A DNA stretch of 64,000 nt from Anaeromyxobacteraceae bacterium (GTDB taxonomy: Bacteria; Myxococcota; Myxococcia; Myxococcales; Anaeromyxobacteraceae), in the NCBI GenBank assembly GCA_032654565.1, contig JAULAX010000009.1:256001-320000 (forward strand), read 5' to 3'. This document shows, piece by piece, positions 20,397 to 35,254 of this stretch (the first letter of the stretch is position 1; each line of letters begins with the position of its first letter). Below the pieces are notes generated by a model. The model saw only the letters and a list, made by a program, of their open reading frames with translations. It was not told the DNA's origin and did no database searches. The position numbers and the translations under genes were made by a program.

Positions 20397-21647
20397 ATGT
20401 GGGCCGTCCCCCTCCTCGCACTCGTCGCTCTCGCCTCCCCCCCCCTCGAGGCGAAGGCTTCGATCACCTTCGACGAAGCGCTGGGCCTGGTCGCCGCCTC
20501 CCCCGCGGTGACCAGCGCCCTGCGCGCCGTCGAGGTGAAGCGAGAGGGGGACGCCCACGTTTCCTCCCTCCCCTCCAACCCGCTGGTGCTCCTCCAGCCG
20601 GCCGTCGCGCCCAGGGACGCGGCGCGCCGGCCGGAGGGGCAGCTGTCCCTCTCCGTCCCCCTCAACCTCTCCGGGCTGGGCGGCGCCCGCCGCGAGGCCG
20701 CCTCCCGCGAGACCGACACCCTCGACGCCCAGGGACGCGCCGAGGCGCTCTCCCGGCGGCTCGACGCCGCCCGCGCCTGGATCGACCTCTGGGCCGCCGA
20801 GCTGGCCGAGCAGCTCTCGCGCGAGGAGCTGGCGCTGGCCACCGAGCTGGCCGACCGGACCCGCCGCGCCGCCGAGTCGGCGGCCCTGACCCGGGCCGAC
20901 GCCGCCGACGCCGACGCCTACCGGGCCGAGGCCCAGCTGCTGGCGCTCTCGGTGGAGGGCGAGGTCACCGACCTGGGCCTGGCGCTCTCCCGCGCCGTCA
21001 GCCGCGCCACCCCGGTGGTGCTCTCCACGGTGGGCCAACTCCCGGCGCCCGAGGTGCCGGAGCGCGAGCGCTGGCCGTCGCTGCTGGCGGCGGCCGGGGC
21101 CCTCCCCGCGCCCCGGGCGCTCCGGCTCTCGGCCGAGGCGGAGCGGGCCCGCGCCGTGGAGGCGCGCGCCGTCCGCGGCCTGGAGGTCTCGCTGGGCGCC
21201 ATGGCCCAGCGCGATGCCCAGGGGCGCGACGTCTTCCTCGGCACCGTCGGCTTCTCGCTCCCCTTCTTCGAGCGCGGCGCGCGCGAGGCCGCCCCGCGCG
21301 CCGCCGAGGCGGTCCGGCTCGACGGGGCCGCGGTCGACGCCGCCCGCGTCGCCGCCACCGAGCTGGCCCGCGCCCTCCACGAGGTGGAGCACTCGGCCGA
21401 GGTGCTGCGCGCCATCGAGACCGGCCTGGTGCCGGCCGCCACCGAGAGCGCCCGGCTCCGCGAGGCGGCCCTGAAGGCCGGGGACGCCACCGTGCTCGAG
21501 GTGCTGGTCTCCCGCCGCGCCGCCGTCCAGGCCCGGGCCCGCGCCATCCGCGCCCTGGCCGGCTACGCCTGGGCCCGGGTGCGGGTCACGCTGCTGCTCG
21601 CCCAGCTCCCTTCCATGTCCGCCACGCCGTCCGGAGGTCAGTCTTGA
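20397..21647 (+). CDS. TolC/CzcC-family outer membrane efflux protein
   Basis: Signal peptide; two helical repeats; SLPFFER, GDATVLEVL; first gene of RND operon. Confidence 0.85.
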   Translation: MWAVPLLALVALASPPLEAKASITFDEALGLVAASPAVTSALRAVEVKREGDAHVSSLPSNPLVLLQPAVAPRDAARRPEGQLSLSVPLNLSGLGGARREAASRETDTLDAQGRAEALSRRLDAARAWIDLWAAELAEQLSREELALATELADRTRRAAESAALTRADAADADAYRAEAQLLALSVEGEVTDLGLALSRAVSRATPVVLSTVGQLPAPEVPERERWPSLLAAAGALPAPRALRLSAEAERARAVEARAVRGLEVSLGAMAQRDAQGRDVFLGTVGFSLPFFERGAREAAPRAAEAVRLDGAAVDAARVAATELARALHEVEHSAEVLRAIETGLVPAATESARLREAALKAGDATVLEVLVSRRAAVQARARAIRALAGYAWARVRVTLLLAQLPSMSATPSGGQS

Positions 21648-22854
21648 GCCACGCCGAAACATCCTCGTCCTACCGGGTCATCGGGAAGCTGAAGCCCGCG
21701 GCCACCGCCGCCGCTGCGCCGCGCGAGCCCTTCGACCAGCTGGTCGCCAAGGTCGTCGCGGTGGTCTCCGGCGCCATCGTCGTGGCCACCGTGGGGCTGC
21801 TGGTGGCCTCGGTCCTGTCCGGCTGCGCCCCGCCGGCCCAGGCGGCGAGCACCCAGGCGCCGGCCCCGACCGCCACCCCGGCCCCCCTTCCCCCCACCTC
21901 GGCCCGCACCCCGTGGGTGAAGGCCCGCAGCGCCGACGGCGTCGCCCTGCTCGAGGCGCCGGCCCGCGTGCTGGGCGGGCCCGACGGCCAGGCCGCCGTG
22001 GCCCCCACCTTCCGCGCCCGTGTCACCCGCATCCTGGTCCGGGCCGGCGAGCAGGTGACCCGCGGCCAGGTGGTGGCCCTGGTCGCCATGCCCGACGTCA
22101 TCCAGGCGGCCGGCGCCTACGCCGCCGCCACCACCCGGCTGGAGGCCTACCAGCGCCGCAAGGAGCAGCTCGACGCCCTCCGCAAGGACGGGCTGGTGAA
22201 GCTCTCCGACCTGCTCGAGGCCGAGACCAGGCTGGCCGAGGCCCGGGCCGACCAGCAGACCGCGCTCGGCACCCTGCGCGCCGCCGACCTCGGCGCCGCC
22301 GACGTGGCGCGCCTCCTCGACGGCAACGGGGAGGTCGCCATCCGCAGCCCCATCGCCGGCACCGTCACCGAGGTGCGCGCCTCGCTGGGCGAGACCCGCG
22401 AGCCCTCCGGCGAGCCGCTGGCCCGGGTCGCCGCCGGGGGCGAGTCGCGCGTCGAGGCCCGCCTGGCCCACGCCCCGCCGCCGGGCGCCCGCTTCGAGTT
22501 CGTCACCGCCGCCGGGGAGCACCACCCGCTCACGGCGCTCGGCCACGCCCCGGTGGTCGACGGCCGCGACGGCACCACCGCCGCCTGGTTCGCCCCGGCC
22601 GCCGGGGCCCGCCTGCCCTCCGGGCTGGCCGGCACGCTGGTGGTCCGGCTCGACGGGACGGCCGCCGCCATCCCGGCCCGCGCCGTGGCGCTCGACGCCG
22701 GGAAGGCCTACGTCGTGCTCAACGGCCCGGGCGGGCCGAAGCGCACCCCGGTGGAGGTGCTGGCCTCCTCCGGCGCCGACGCCCTGGTGCGCGGCGGCCT
22801 GAAGCCGGGTGACGAGGTGGCCGCCGACGCCGCCCTGGCGTCGCGGGGCGACTC

Positions 22855-22858
<4 letters not shown>
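21644..22858 (+). CDS. RND efflux periplasmic adaptor (CzcB-like)
   Basis: TTG start overlapping upstream TGA; VRAGEQVTRGQ, IRSPIAGTV, GLKPGDEV. Confidence 0.85.
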
Positions 22859-26655
<3,797 letters not shown>

Positions 26656-26659
<4 letters not shown>

Positions 26660-28050
26660 GGCTGGCGGCGCGGCTCTGGGTCCTGGGGGCCCTGCTCCCC
26701 GCCGCCGCCCTGCTGGCGGCGGTGCTGGTGGCCGGCCGCTTCCTCGAGGCCCAGCTGGAGGGGACGCTCGACCAGGCGCTCCTCTCCCAGGCCGCCATCG
26801 AGTCGGTCAGCCTCTTCGACGGGCCCGGCGGCGTCCCGCACCTGCACATCCAGGACAGCCCCCTCGGCGCCCAGGTCCGGGCCTTCGCCCCCAGCGGCGC
26901 GCTCTACGGCCCCGACGGCGCGCTGCGGATCCGCTACCCGGCCGACCCGTCGCCCGACGGCGCCCCGGCCACGCTCCTCCCCGGCCGGCTCGGCGACCCG
27001 GCCACCCTGGCGGTGCGGCGCGCCCCCTCCGGCGAGCGGCTCCGGGTGCTCTCCGTGACGGTGCGGAGCCCGGGCGGGGATCCCCACGCCCTCCAGGTGA
27101 CCGCCTCGCTGGCCCAGGTGGACGCCTCGGTCACCGCCTTCCGCAAGGTGGGGCTGGTGGTGGTGCTGCTGCTGGCGGCCGCGCTGGTGGCGCTGCAGAC
27201 CATCCTGGCGCGGCGCCTCTCGCTGCGGGTGAACCGGCTGACCCGTCACATGACGGCGCTGCGCGAGGGCGACCTGGAGGCGCCGCCGCCGCTCGACGCC
27301 GGGCGGGACGAGGTCGGCGAGCTCTCCCGGGTGGTGGCGTCGGCCACCGACCGGCTGCGCTCGGCGCGCGCCGGCCAGGAGCGGCTCATCGCCGAGGCCG
27401 CCCACGAGCTGCGCACGCCGCTCACCCTGGTGCGCACCACCATCGATGTGGCGCTGCGCCGCCGCCGGACCCCCGAGGAGCTGGAGCAGGCGCTGCGCGA
27501 CGCCCGGGACGAGGTGGACCGGCTGGCCAAGCTCTCGTCCCGCCTGCTCGACCTGGCCTCGGCCCGGCGCGGCACCTGGGACCGGTCGCCCGGTGACCTG
27601 GCGCAGGTGGCCCGGGAGGCGGCCGAGGCGGCCCGCGCCGACGCCGAGGGGCGTGGGGTGCTGGTCACCGTCGTCGCCCCGGCGCCGGCCCCGGCCAGCT
27701 TCGACCGGGATGGCGTGCGCCAGGCGCTCGACAACCTGCTGGCCAACGCCGTCCGCCACAGCCCGGCCGGGGGGACGGTCACCGTGGAGGTGACCGCGGG
27801 GGCCGGGGCCGAGGGGGCGCCGCTGGTCCGCATCACCGTGCGCGACGAGGGGCCCGGGATCCCGCCAGCCCTGCACGACCGGGTCTTCGAACCCTTCGCC
27901 CGAGGCGCGGGGGTCTCCGGCGCCGCCGGCCTGGGGCTGGCCATCGTCCGCGACGTGCTCCGCGGCCACGGCGGTCGCGCCTACGTCGCCCCTACCGGCT
28001 CCGGAGCCACGGTGGTCCTCGAGCTCCCCGCCGCCGCCGCGCCGGCCTGA
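26656..28050 (+). CDS. Sensor histidine kinase (HAMP, HisKA, HATPase)
   Basis: Two TM segments; AHELRTPL, NLLANAVRHS, DEGPGI, FEPF, GLGLAIV. Confidence 0.95.
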
Positions 28051-28090
28051 GCCCGGCGCCGCCGGGGCCTCCGCGCCGGTCCGCCCGCCC

Positions 28091-28669
28091 TCAGCTCCAC
28101 GAACAGCGGTACTCGCAGAACGGCCCGCCGCGGGCCCGGCACTGCACCTCCTCGACCTTGACCTCGGTCCCTCCGCACAGCTCGATGGCCCGCTGGTGCC
28201 AGCCGATCACCGTGAGACAGTCGGTGGCCGAGGCGATCTCCGCCCCCTCGGTGCGCAGCACCGCCGACCGCTCGCCGGTCTTCTGGTAGGTGCGCGTGCC
28301 CACCGCGTAGTAGGCGGCGTAGATGCGCGGCGCCGCCGCCAGCAGGAAGTGGGGGTCGCCCTCGCGGAGGTAGGGGCGGTGGACCCCCTTGAGGTTCTGC
28401 TCCGCCGAGGACCGCCCCATCTCCAGGAAGACCCGCGACCTGTCCCCGGGGGAGAGCACCGTTGCGATGGCGGCGTCGAGCCGCAGGTTGAGGTCGAGCG
28501 GGTACCAGGTCACCGGCAGGATCATCCCGGAGAGGACGGCGCGGTCCTCGGCGGGCAGGCTGGCCAGCACCTCCATGAAGCGGGCCTCGCCGGCCACCTC
28601 GCGGACGTACTGGATGCGGCTGAGGAGGATGTGCCCCTTGATGCGGCTCCCGGTCTGCGGTGCGGCCAT
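28091..28669 (-). CDS. V4R/H-NOX-like small-ligand-binding domain protein (myxobacterial type)
   Basis: IKGHILLSRIQYV, TWYPL, C-terminal QCRARGGPFCEYRCSW; ATG at 28669. Confidence 0.7.
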   Translation of the reverse strand: MAAPQTGSRIKGHILLSRIQYVREVAGEARFMEVLASLPAEDRAVLSGMILPVTWYPLDLNLRLDAAIATVLSPGDRSRVFLEMGRSSAEQNLKGVHRPYLREGDPHFLLAAAPRIYAAYYAVGTRTYQKTGERSAVLRTEGAEIASATDCLTVIGWHQRAIELCGGTEVKVEEVQCRARGGPFCEYRCSWS

Positions 28670-28851
28670 CTGTTCCACCTCGGCGCTGCGCTTCGAGACG
28701 CCTGGCCGGCGCCACGGCGTGGCGCCTCCAGGGTGCGTCTGTGGTTTACCTGCCCCCACATCGCCGCCGGCGATAAATCTGGCGCCCGATCGGGTTGAAG
28801 TATCATCATCCTCCTCGCCGGCCTGGCCGGCACTACCCCGCCGGAGGCACC

Positions 28852-29376
28852 ATGAGAAGGATCTCGTTCGGACTGCTCGCCCTCGCCCTGCTCGCCTCGC
28901 CGGTCACCGCCCGCGCCGGCTTCCTCCTCGAGGCCTCGGTCGGCTCCGGCGTCCGCGCCGGCATCGGCGACGTCGAGCGCATTCCCACCAACGCCATGCT
29001 GGCCGTCGGCTACGGCTTCACCAGCATGCTGAAGCTGGAGGTGGGCGCGCTGGCCAACCTCGGCGACGCCAAGGCCGGCTTCTCCAGCGGCGGCTCCAAG
29101 GTCGACGTCGACCTGCGCGGCATGGTGGTGGTCTCGCCGCCGCTCTTCCCCCTCTACCTGCGCGGCATCGCCGGGGTCACCTCGCTGAGCGTCAAGCCGG
29201 CCAAGTTCACCTACGGGGCCGCCCTGGGCGTGGGCTTCGGCCTCTTCGGCATCGGCGCCTTCGGCGAGGTCGGCGCCATGCAGCACCGCTACGAGATCAC
29301 CCTGCCCGCCGGCGGCGGCACCGTCGGCAAGGACGGCTGGCAGATCGAGGGCCGGCTGGGCATCTCCATCGGCTGA
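28852..29376 (+). CDS. Exported small beta-barrel outer-membrane-like protein
   Basis: GGAGG SD; signal peptide ending ARA; alternating beta-strand pattern. Confidence 0.7.
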   Translation: MRRISFGLLALALLASPVTARAGFLLEASVGSGVRAGIGDVERIPTNAMLAVGYGFTSMLKLEVGALANLGDAKAGFSSGGSKVDVDLRGMVVVSPPLFPLYLRGIAGVTSLSVKPAKFTYGAALGVGFGLFGIGAFGEVGAMQHRYEITLPAGGGTVGKDGWQIEGRLGISIG

Positions 29377-29395
29377 CCCGGCGGGGCCGGCTCGC

Positions 29396-30982
29396 TCAGC
29401 GGCCCACGTCGCGCAGGACCTCGCGGGCCGCGTTGTAGCCGCAGGCCCCCATGACCCCGCCGCCCGGGTGGGTGGCGGCGCCGCAGAGGTAGAGGTTGGC
29501 CACCGGGGTCCGGTAGTCGGCGTAGCCGGGGATGGGGCGCATCGAGAAGAGCTGCGAGAGCCCCATCGACCCCTGGAAGATGTTGCCGCCGGTGAGCCCG
29601 AAGCGGCGCTCCAGGTCGAGCGGCGAGAGCACCTCGCGGTGCAGCACCGAGTCCCTGAAGCCCGGCGCGTACCGCTCCAGCAGGTCGACGCAGCGGTCGG
29701 CGAAGGGCTCCTTCTGCTCGTCCCAGGTCCCCTCGGCCAGCGCGTAGGGAGCGTACTGGACGAAGATCGACATCAGGTGCTTCCCCGGCGGCGCCACGCT
29801 GGGATCGACCACCGAGGGGATGGTGGCCTCCAGGATGGGCTCCCGCGAGGGCCGGCCGGCCCGGGCGTCGTCGAAGGCCCGCTCCATGTACGCGAGCGAC
29901 GGGCAGATGTGGATGGTGCCGCGGTGCTGCGGGCCCGGGGCCCCCGGCCGGGCCGTGAAGTCGGGCAGGCGGGAGAGCGCCAGGTTGATCTTGAGCGAGG
30001 CGCTCGAGTAGTCGATGGACCGCACCGCCTCGGCCGCCTCGTCGGGAAGGTGCTCCGCCCCCACCAGCTCCAGCAGCGTCACCGTGGCGTCGGCGCAGGA
30101 GACCACCCGGCGGGCGGTCAGCGCGGTGCCGTCGGCCAGCACCACGCCGGTGGCGCGGCCGTCACGGACCTCGATGCGGGCCACCCGGGCGTCGCAGCGG
30201 ATCTCGGCGCCGTGCTCCCGGGCCGCCGCGGCCAGCGCCTCGGGGAGCGCCCCCATGCCCCCCTTGACGTAGCCCCAGACGCCGCGGGCGCCGTTGCACT
30301 CCCCCATGACGTGGTGGAAGAGCACGTAGGCGGTGCCGGGCGTGGCCGGCGACGCGAAGGCCCCGATGATGGCGTCGGTGGCCAGGGTGGCCTTGAGCTC
30401 GTCCGACTCGAACCAGCGATCCAGGATGGTCCGGGCCGGGGCGGTGAGGATCTCCACGGCGCGCGGGCCGTCGGCCCCCAGCCTGGCGAAGCGGAGCGCG
30501 GTCTTCCCCAGCCGCCAGAGGTCGCCGAGCCGGCGCGAGAAGGGATCCGGCGGCGTCTCCAGCAGCGTCGGCTCGATGGCCCCGGCGATGCGCAGCAGCA
30601 TGGCCTCGTAGGCGGGGAGCCGCCCGGCGTCCCGCGCCGAGAACCTCGCCACCTCGCGCCGGTTGAGCTCCGGGTCGGGCCCCATCAGCAGCGAGCGGCC
30701 GTCGGGCAACGGCGTGAAGGAGGAGGGGTCGCGGGGCAGCACCTGGTAGCCGTGGCGCGTCAGCTCGAGGTCGCGGACGATCTCGGGGCGGAACAGGCTG
30801 ACCACGTAGGCGGCGCTGGAGACGCGGTAGCCCGGCCAGGTCTCCTCGGTGGTGGCGGCGCCGCCCACCCGGTCCCGGGCCTCGAGGACCAGCACCCGCT
30901 GCCCGGCCCGGGCCAGGTAGGCGGCGGTGACCAGGCCGTTGTGTCCGGCGCCGACGACGATGACGTCAACGCTGGTGGCCAT
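29396..30982 (-). CDS. FAD-dependent oxidoreductase, phytoene dehydrogenase-like
   Basis: VGAGHNGLVTAAYLA, VKGGMG, GLTGGNIFQG, LYLCGAATHPGGGVMG. Confidence 0.92.
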   Translation of the reverse strand: MATSVDVIVVGAGHNGLVTAAYLARAGQRVLVLEARDRVGGAATTEETWPGYRVSSAAYVVSLFRPEIVRDLELTRHGYQVLPRDPSSFTPLPDGRSLLMGPDPELNRREVARFSARDAGRLPAYEAMLLRIAGAIEPTLLETPPDPFSRRLGDLWRLGKTALRFARLGADGPRAVEILTAPARTILDRWFESDELKATLATDAIIGAFASPATPGTAYVLFHHVMGECNGARGVWGYVKGGMGALPEALAAAAREHGAEIRCDARVARIEVRDGRATGVVLADGTALTARRVVSCADATVTLLELVGAEHLPDEAAEAVRSIDYSSASLKINLALSRLPDFTARPGAPGPQHRGTIHICPSLAYMERAFDDARAGRPSREPILEATIPSVVDPSVAPPGKHLMSIFVQYAPYALAEGTWDEQKEPFADRCVDLLERYAPGFRDSVLHREVLSPLDLERRFGLTGGNIFQGSMGLSQLFSMRPIPGYADYRTPVANLYLCGAATHPGGGVMGACGYNAAREVLRDVGR

Positions 30983-30983
30983 G

Positions 30984-31823
30984 TCAGCCTCTCCCCAGCG
31001 GCCTGCCGCTCCGGCACCACTCGCTGAAGGAGCCGACGTAGTGCGAGGCCCCGTCGAGCCCGGCCAGCTCCAGCGCCAGCAGCGTGTGGCAGGCGGTGAC
31101 CCCGGAGCCGCAGTGGACCACCAGCCGCTCCGGCGGCGTGCCGGCGAGCAGCGCCAGATAGCTGGCCCGGAGCTCGGCCGGCGGCTTGAAGCGGCCGGCG
31201 GCGTCGAGGTTCTCGGCGAAGGGCAGGTTGACGGTGCCGGGGATGCGGCCGGCCACCGGGTCGAGCGGCTCCGACTCGCCGCGCCAGCGCTCCCGGCTGC
31301 GGACGTCGAGCACCTTCCAGGCCGGGTCCTGCACCAGCCGCTCCACGGCGGCGAGCGCCACGGTCGGGCGCTGCCAGGCGCTGCAGGGGTAGGGAAGCGC
31401 AGCCGGGACCGGCGGCGGAAGCGCAGTGGTCAGCGCCGCGCCCGCGGCCTGGGCCGCCTGGAGCCCGCCGTCGAGCACCGCCACGTTCCGGTGGCCGACC
31501 GCCCGCAGCATCCACCAGAGCCGGGCGGCGGCGTTGCCGCCCGCGGCGGCGTCGGAGGCGACCACCCGGGTCTCGGGGCCAATCCCCCAGGCCCCCAGCT
31601 GGGCGCACCAGGTGGCCAGCGAGGGGAGCGGGTGGCGGCCGCCGCGCGCCGGGTCGAAGCCGGGCTCGGAGGCGGCGCTGAGCTGGACGTTCAGGTCGGC
31701 GTGGAGGGCGCCGTCGAGGTGCCCGGCGGCGTAGCCCTCGACGCCGGGGCGGGCGTCGAGGAGGCGGACGGAGGTCGGCGCGGCGAGCAGCGCTTCAGCT
31801 GAGATGAGCGGACCGAAGGGCAT
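30984..31823 (-). CDS. sseA: Two-domain rhodanese / 3-mercaptopyruvate sulfurtransferase
   Basis: GRHPLP, AARLWWML, VLDGG, GRIPG, CGSGVTAC, YVGSFSEW. Confidence 0.9.
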   Translation of the reverse strand: MPFGPLISAEALLAAPTSVRLLDARPGVEGYAAGHLDGALHADLNVQLSAASEPGFDPARGGRHPLPSLATWCAQLGAWGIGPETRVVASDAAAGGNAAARLWWMLRAVGHRNVAVLDGGLQAAQAAGAALTTALPPPVPAALPYPCSAWQRPTVALAAVERLVQDPAWKVLDVRSRERWRGESEPLDPVAGRIPGTVNLPFAENLDAAGRFKPPAELRASYLALLAGTPPERLVVHCGSGVTACHTLLALELAGLDGASHYVGSFSEWCRSGRPLGRG

Positions 31824-31856
31824 GGGACGGGTCTAGCAGATGCGCGTCCGGCCCGC

Positions 31857-34421
31857 CTAGAAGGAGTTCCTCCCCTCGACCGTGAGGGTCCAGGGCGAGC
31901 AGGATGAGCCAGCGAAATACTTCACGTAGATCCAGACGTCGAAGCTGTCGTCCGCGGCCGTGTCGATCCGGTTCAGGATGACCTGCTCCGGTAGGCCGGA
32001 CCCTGCGGCCGACACGTACTGCCACGGACCACAGGCCGCTACCGTGGAGATCTGGAGGTCGTAGTCGATGCCGGGCGGGACCGTGAGCTTCACGGTGAGG
32101 CGGAGGGCGTCGGTGCAGGTGTTGAAGGGCACTGGCGCAGCGGGGCTGCACTCAGAAACATGAACCTTGAACCAGCCCTCGGTCGTGCCGGTCTGCGACA
32201 GCAACTGGGTGCTGGTGTTGCTGCAAAGACCCAATCCACCTCTCTGGAGCTCCCCACAGGTCGTCCCCAGGTCCACCGGCGTGGCGCAGCTGGTGCTGGC
32301 AGTGGTGTGGGAGAACTCGCAGCCGTTGGCGTCGTTCCCGTCGCAGCTGTCGAAGCCGGTGGTGCAGCCGGCGATCGCGCAGGACCCGGTGGCGCAGCTG
32401 GCGGAGGCGTTGGCCCTGCTGCAGCCGATGGCGCAGCCGCCGCAGTCGGTGAGCGTGTTGATGGCCGTCTCGCAGCCGGTGGCGGGGCTCCCGTCGCAGT
32501 TGGCGAAGCTGGCGTTGCAGGCGCCGACGTTGCATGCCCCCCCGGTGCAGGCGGCGGTGGCGTTGGGCAGGCTGCACGCCGAGCCGCAGCTCCCGCAGTT
32601 GTCCGGATCGACCAGCGTGTTTCGACAGAGGCCGGCGCAGCAGGTGCCGCTGGCGCAGTCGGTGCCCAGGCTGCAGGCGCCCCCGTCCGGCCTCTTGCAG
32701 GTCGAGGCGGCACAGGCGAAGCCCGCGGCGCAGTCGCCGTCCACGCTGCAGGAGGTCAGGCAGCTCCCGCTGCCGCCGCTGCAGGTGTAGGGGCTGCAGT
32801 CCTGCACGCCGGTATCGAGGCAGGTCCCCGCTCCGTTGCAGGTGTCGGCCCGGTTGGCCGAGGTGGCGGAGGCGCAGAAAGGCGCGGCGCACTGGGTCCC
32901 GTCCGGGTAGAGGCCGCAGCTCCGCGCGCCGGAGCAGGTCCCGCTCTGCCCGCAGGTCGCGGCCGCGTCGGCGGGGCACTCGTTGTCGGGGTCCTGGCCA
33001 AGCCCGATGGCGTTGCAGACACCGAGCCCTCCTGCCAGGTTGCACTTCTCGCAGGTCCCGGCGCAGCGCGATCCGCAGCAGACACCGTCGGTGCAGAAGC
33101 CGGTGCCACACTCGACGTCGGCGCTGCAGACCTGGCCGGCAGCCTTGAGCAGGCGGCAGGCTCCGCTGCTGCAGGTGATCCCGGCGGCGCAGTCGCTGTT
33201 CAGGGTGCAGCTGGACCGGCAGGCCCCGGACACGGCGTTGCAGGCGTAGGGAGCGCAGTCCGTCGTCCCGGCGTCGACGCAGGTGCCGCCACCGTTGCAG
33301 GTGTCTGCCGCCGCCGCCACCGTCGCCGACAGGCAGCTGGCCGGGGCGCAGACCGTGCCGCTGGAGTAGAGGGCGCAGCTGCGCGCCCCGGAGCAGGCGC
33401 CGGTCCCGCCACAGCTGGAGACGGGGTCGGCGGGGCACTCGGCCGAGGCCTGGCCGGCCGGGAACGGATCGCAGTGGCCGGCGCGGTTGGACTGGTTGCA
33501 GGCCTCGCAGGTGCCGCCACAGGCCGACTCGCAGCAGACGCCATCGGTGCAGAAGCCGGCGGCGCACTGCCCGTTGGCGCCGCAGGGCTCGCCGGCCGAC
33601 TTGAGGCAGGTGCCGGCGGCGCAGGTGCCGCCCGTGCAGTCGGCGTTGACGCCGCAGGCCGACCCGGAGCCACAGGGGGCGCAGGTGCCGCCGCAGTCGA
33701 CGGCGGTCTCGGTGCCGTCCTTGATGCCGTCGGCGCAGGTGGCGGGCCGGCAGGTGCCGGCCTGGCAGAGCTGGCTCACGCAGTCGTTGCCGCCGAGGCA
33801 GGCCTTGGTCAAGGCGCAGGGGGCGCAGTCCGGACCGCCGCAGTCGACGTCGGTCTCGGCCGCGTCCCTGGCCAGGTCGGCGCAGGTGGCCGGGCGACAG
33901 CTTCCTTCCTGGCAGGCGCCGCTGGCGCAGTCGGTGCCGCCCGCGCAGGTTCCGCCGAGCAGGCAGCCAGCGCAGCTGCCGCCGCAGTCGATGCCGGTCT
34001 CGTCGCCGTTCTTGACCGCGTCCAGGCAGGTCGGGGCGGCGCAGCTCCCGCTCGAGCAGACGCCGCTCCGGCAGTCGGCCGGCTGCCCGCAGGCGAGCCC
34101 GTCGGCGCAGGCGGCGCAGGTGCCGCCGCAGTCGACCGCCGTCTCCGAGCCGTTCTTCAGGCCGTCGAAGCAGTCGGGCGAGCGGCACGAGCCAGCGACG
34201 CAGGTGCCGCTCAGGCAGTCGGAGCCGCCAGTGCAGCCGCCGCCGTCGGCGCAGCGCGGACAGGTGGGGCCGCCGCAGTCGATGCCGGTCTCGGCCCCGT
34301 TCCTGGTCCCGTCGGTGCAGGTCGGCGCAGGCGGGGGCGGCGGTGCGCTGCTGCCTCCGCAGCCGGCGAGGAGGCTTCCGACCAGGATCGAGGCGAAGGA
34401 CCAGCGAGTAGCGTGGCGCAT
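31857..34421 (-). CDS. Large cysteine-rich repeat surface lipoprotein
   Basis: GAGGA SD then ATG at 34421; lipobox LAGC; 5x C-x-DG-x-KNG-x-ET-x-x-DCGG, 2x GFCTDGVCC modules, DPDNCGSCG; Cys-poorer C-terminal domain. Confidence 0.85.
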   Translation of the reverse strand: MRHATRWSFASILVGSLLAGCGGSSAPPPPPAPTCTDGTRNGAETGIDCGGPTCPRCADGGGCTGGSDCLSGTCVAGSCRSPDCFDGLKNGSETAVDCGGTCAACADGLACGQPADCRSGVCSSGSCAAPTCLDAVKNGDETGIDCGGSCAGCLLGGTCAGGTDCASGACQEGSCRPATCADLARDAAETDVDCGGPDCAPCALTKACLGGNDCVSQLCQAGTCRPATCADGIKDGTETAVDCGGTCAPCGSGSACGVNADCTGGTCAAGTCLKSAGEPCGANGQCAAGFCTDGVCCESACGGTCEACNQSNRAGHCDPFPAGQASAECPADPVSSCGGTGACSGARSCALYSSGTVCAPASCLSATVAAAADTCNGGGTCVDAGTTDCAPYACNAVSGACRSSCTLNSDCAAGITCSSGACRLLKAAGQVCSADVECGTGFCTDGVCCGSRCAGTCEKCNLAGGLGVCNAIGLGQDPDNECPADAAATCGQSGTCSGARSCGLYPDGTQCAAPFCASATSANRADTCNGAGTCLDTGVQDCSPYTCSGGSGSCLTSCSVDGDCAAGFACAASTCKRPDGGACSLGTDCASGTCCAGLCRNTLVDPDNCGSCGSACSLPNATAACTGGACNVGACNASFANCDGSPATGCETAINTLTDCGGCAIGCSRANASASCATGSCAIAGCTTGFDSCDGNDANGCEFSHTTASTSCATPVDLGTTCGELQRGGLGLCSNTSTQLLSQTGTTEGWFKVHVSECSPAAPVPFNTCTDALRLTVKLTVPPGIDYDLQISTVAACGPWQYVSAAGSGLPEQVILNRIDTAADDSFDVWIYVKYFAGSSCSPWTLTVEGRNSF
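33600..34320 (-). repeat. Five tandem ~48-aa Cys-rich repeats
   Basis: ET(G/A/D)(I/V)DCGG recurs about every 145 bp. Confidence 0.8.
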
Positions 34422-34660
34422 GCGTTCCTCGATGCTGAAGGGTGAGACCCCGATCGGATTCGGAACAAGGTGGCACCCGCGCTTGATCTGCGTCAAGACG
34501 CATCTTCGCGGTACAGCCGCCCGGGCACCCCGGCTCGACAGGGAGCTCCCCGGTCCCGGGCTCCAGGCGCCCAGAACGTCGACGACCGCTCACCGGGAGG
34601 TGGCGGTCGCCGTCATGCGTTGCTGCGGTGCGCGGCGAGGCCGGTGGCCCCGCCGAACGC

Positions 34661-35254
34661 TCACTTGACCTGGAGCTGCTTGGCCAAGTCGGCGGCCTTG
34701 CGCTGCAGCTCGCCCGCCTCGGCCAGGGCGCCGTTCACGTCGGTCTCGGCGCGGGCCTTCAGCTTGGCCAGCCCCTCCTCGGCGGCGGCGTAGGCGCTCT
34801 TGGCCTGGGCCAGGGTGGCCTTGGTGATCCCCTTGGGGAGCTTCTTGGCCTTGCCGAGCGAGGTCAGCTTGGCCTTGATGGCGGAGAGCTGGCCGGGGAG
34901 CGCGGCGGTGGCGTCGGCGAAGGCCTTCTGCGCCGCGGCCAGGGCCCGGGCGGCCTCTTCCTTCTTGGCCTGGGCGGCGGCCACCGCCTCCTTCACCTTC
35001 CCGGTGACCTCGCCGGCCGCGGCCAGCGCCGCCTTGTACTCCTGCTTGGCGGCCTGCGTCTTGGCGGCGGAGAGGGCGTCCTTGGCGGCCTGCACCTGGA
35101 CCGGCGCCAGCTTCGCGACCTCCTCGGTGACCGAGGCCACGGCGGCCTCACCGGCCTTCAGGGCGGCCTCGGCGGGGGCCTTGGCGGCGTCGGTGCAGGC
35201 CGAGAGGAGGAGGAAGGGAGCGAGGGCCAGCGCCAGCGTGATCTTCCGGGTCAT
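34661..35254 (-). CDS. Ala/Lys-rich helical lipoprotein
   Basis: GGAG SD; lipobox LSAC; coiled-coil-like body. Confidence 0.8.
   Translation of the reverse strand: MTRKITLALALAPFLLLSACTDAAKAPAEAALKAGEAAVASVTEEVAKLAPVQVQAAKDALSAAKTQAAKQEYKAALAAAGEVTGKVKEAVAAAQAKKEEAARALAAAQKAFADATAALPGQLSAIKAKLTSLGKAKKLPKGITKATLAQAKSAYAAAEEGLAKLKARAETDVNGALAEAGELQRKAADLAKQLQVK

Noticed and set aside
29396..30982. Carotenoid biosynthesis (crtI) locus
   Set aside because: No crtB/crtE neighbours; motifs fit the broader phytoene-dehydrogenase-like family
32167..34668. Gln/Pro-rich repeat ORFs on the plus strand
   Set aside because: Antisense image of the Cys (TGC) codon repeats of the lipoprotein
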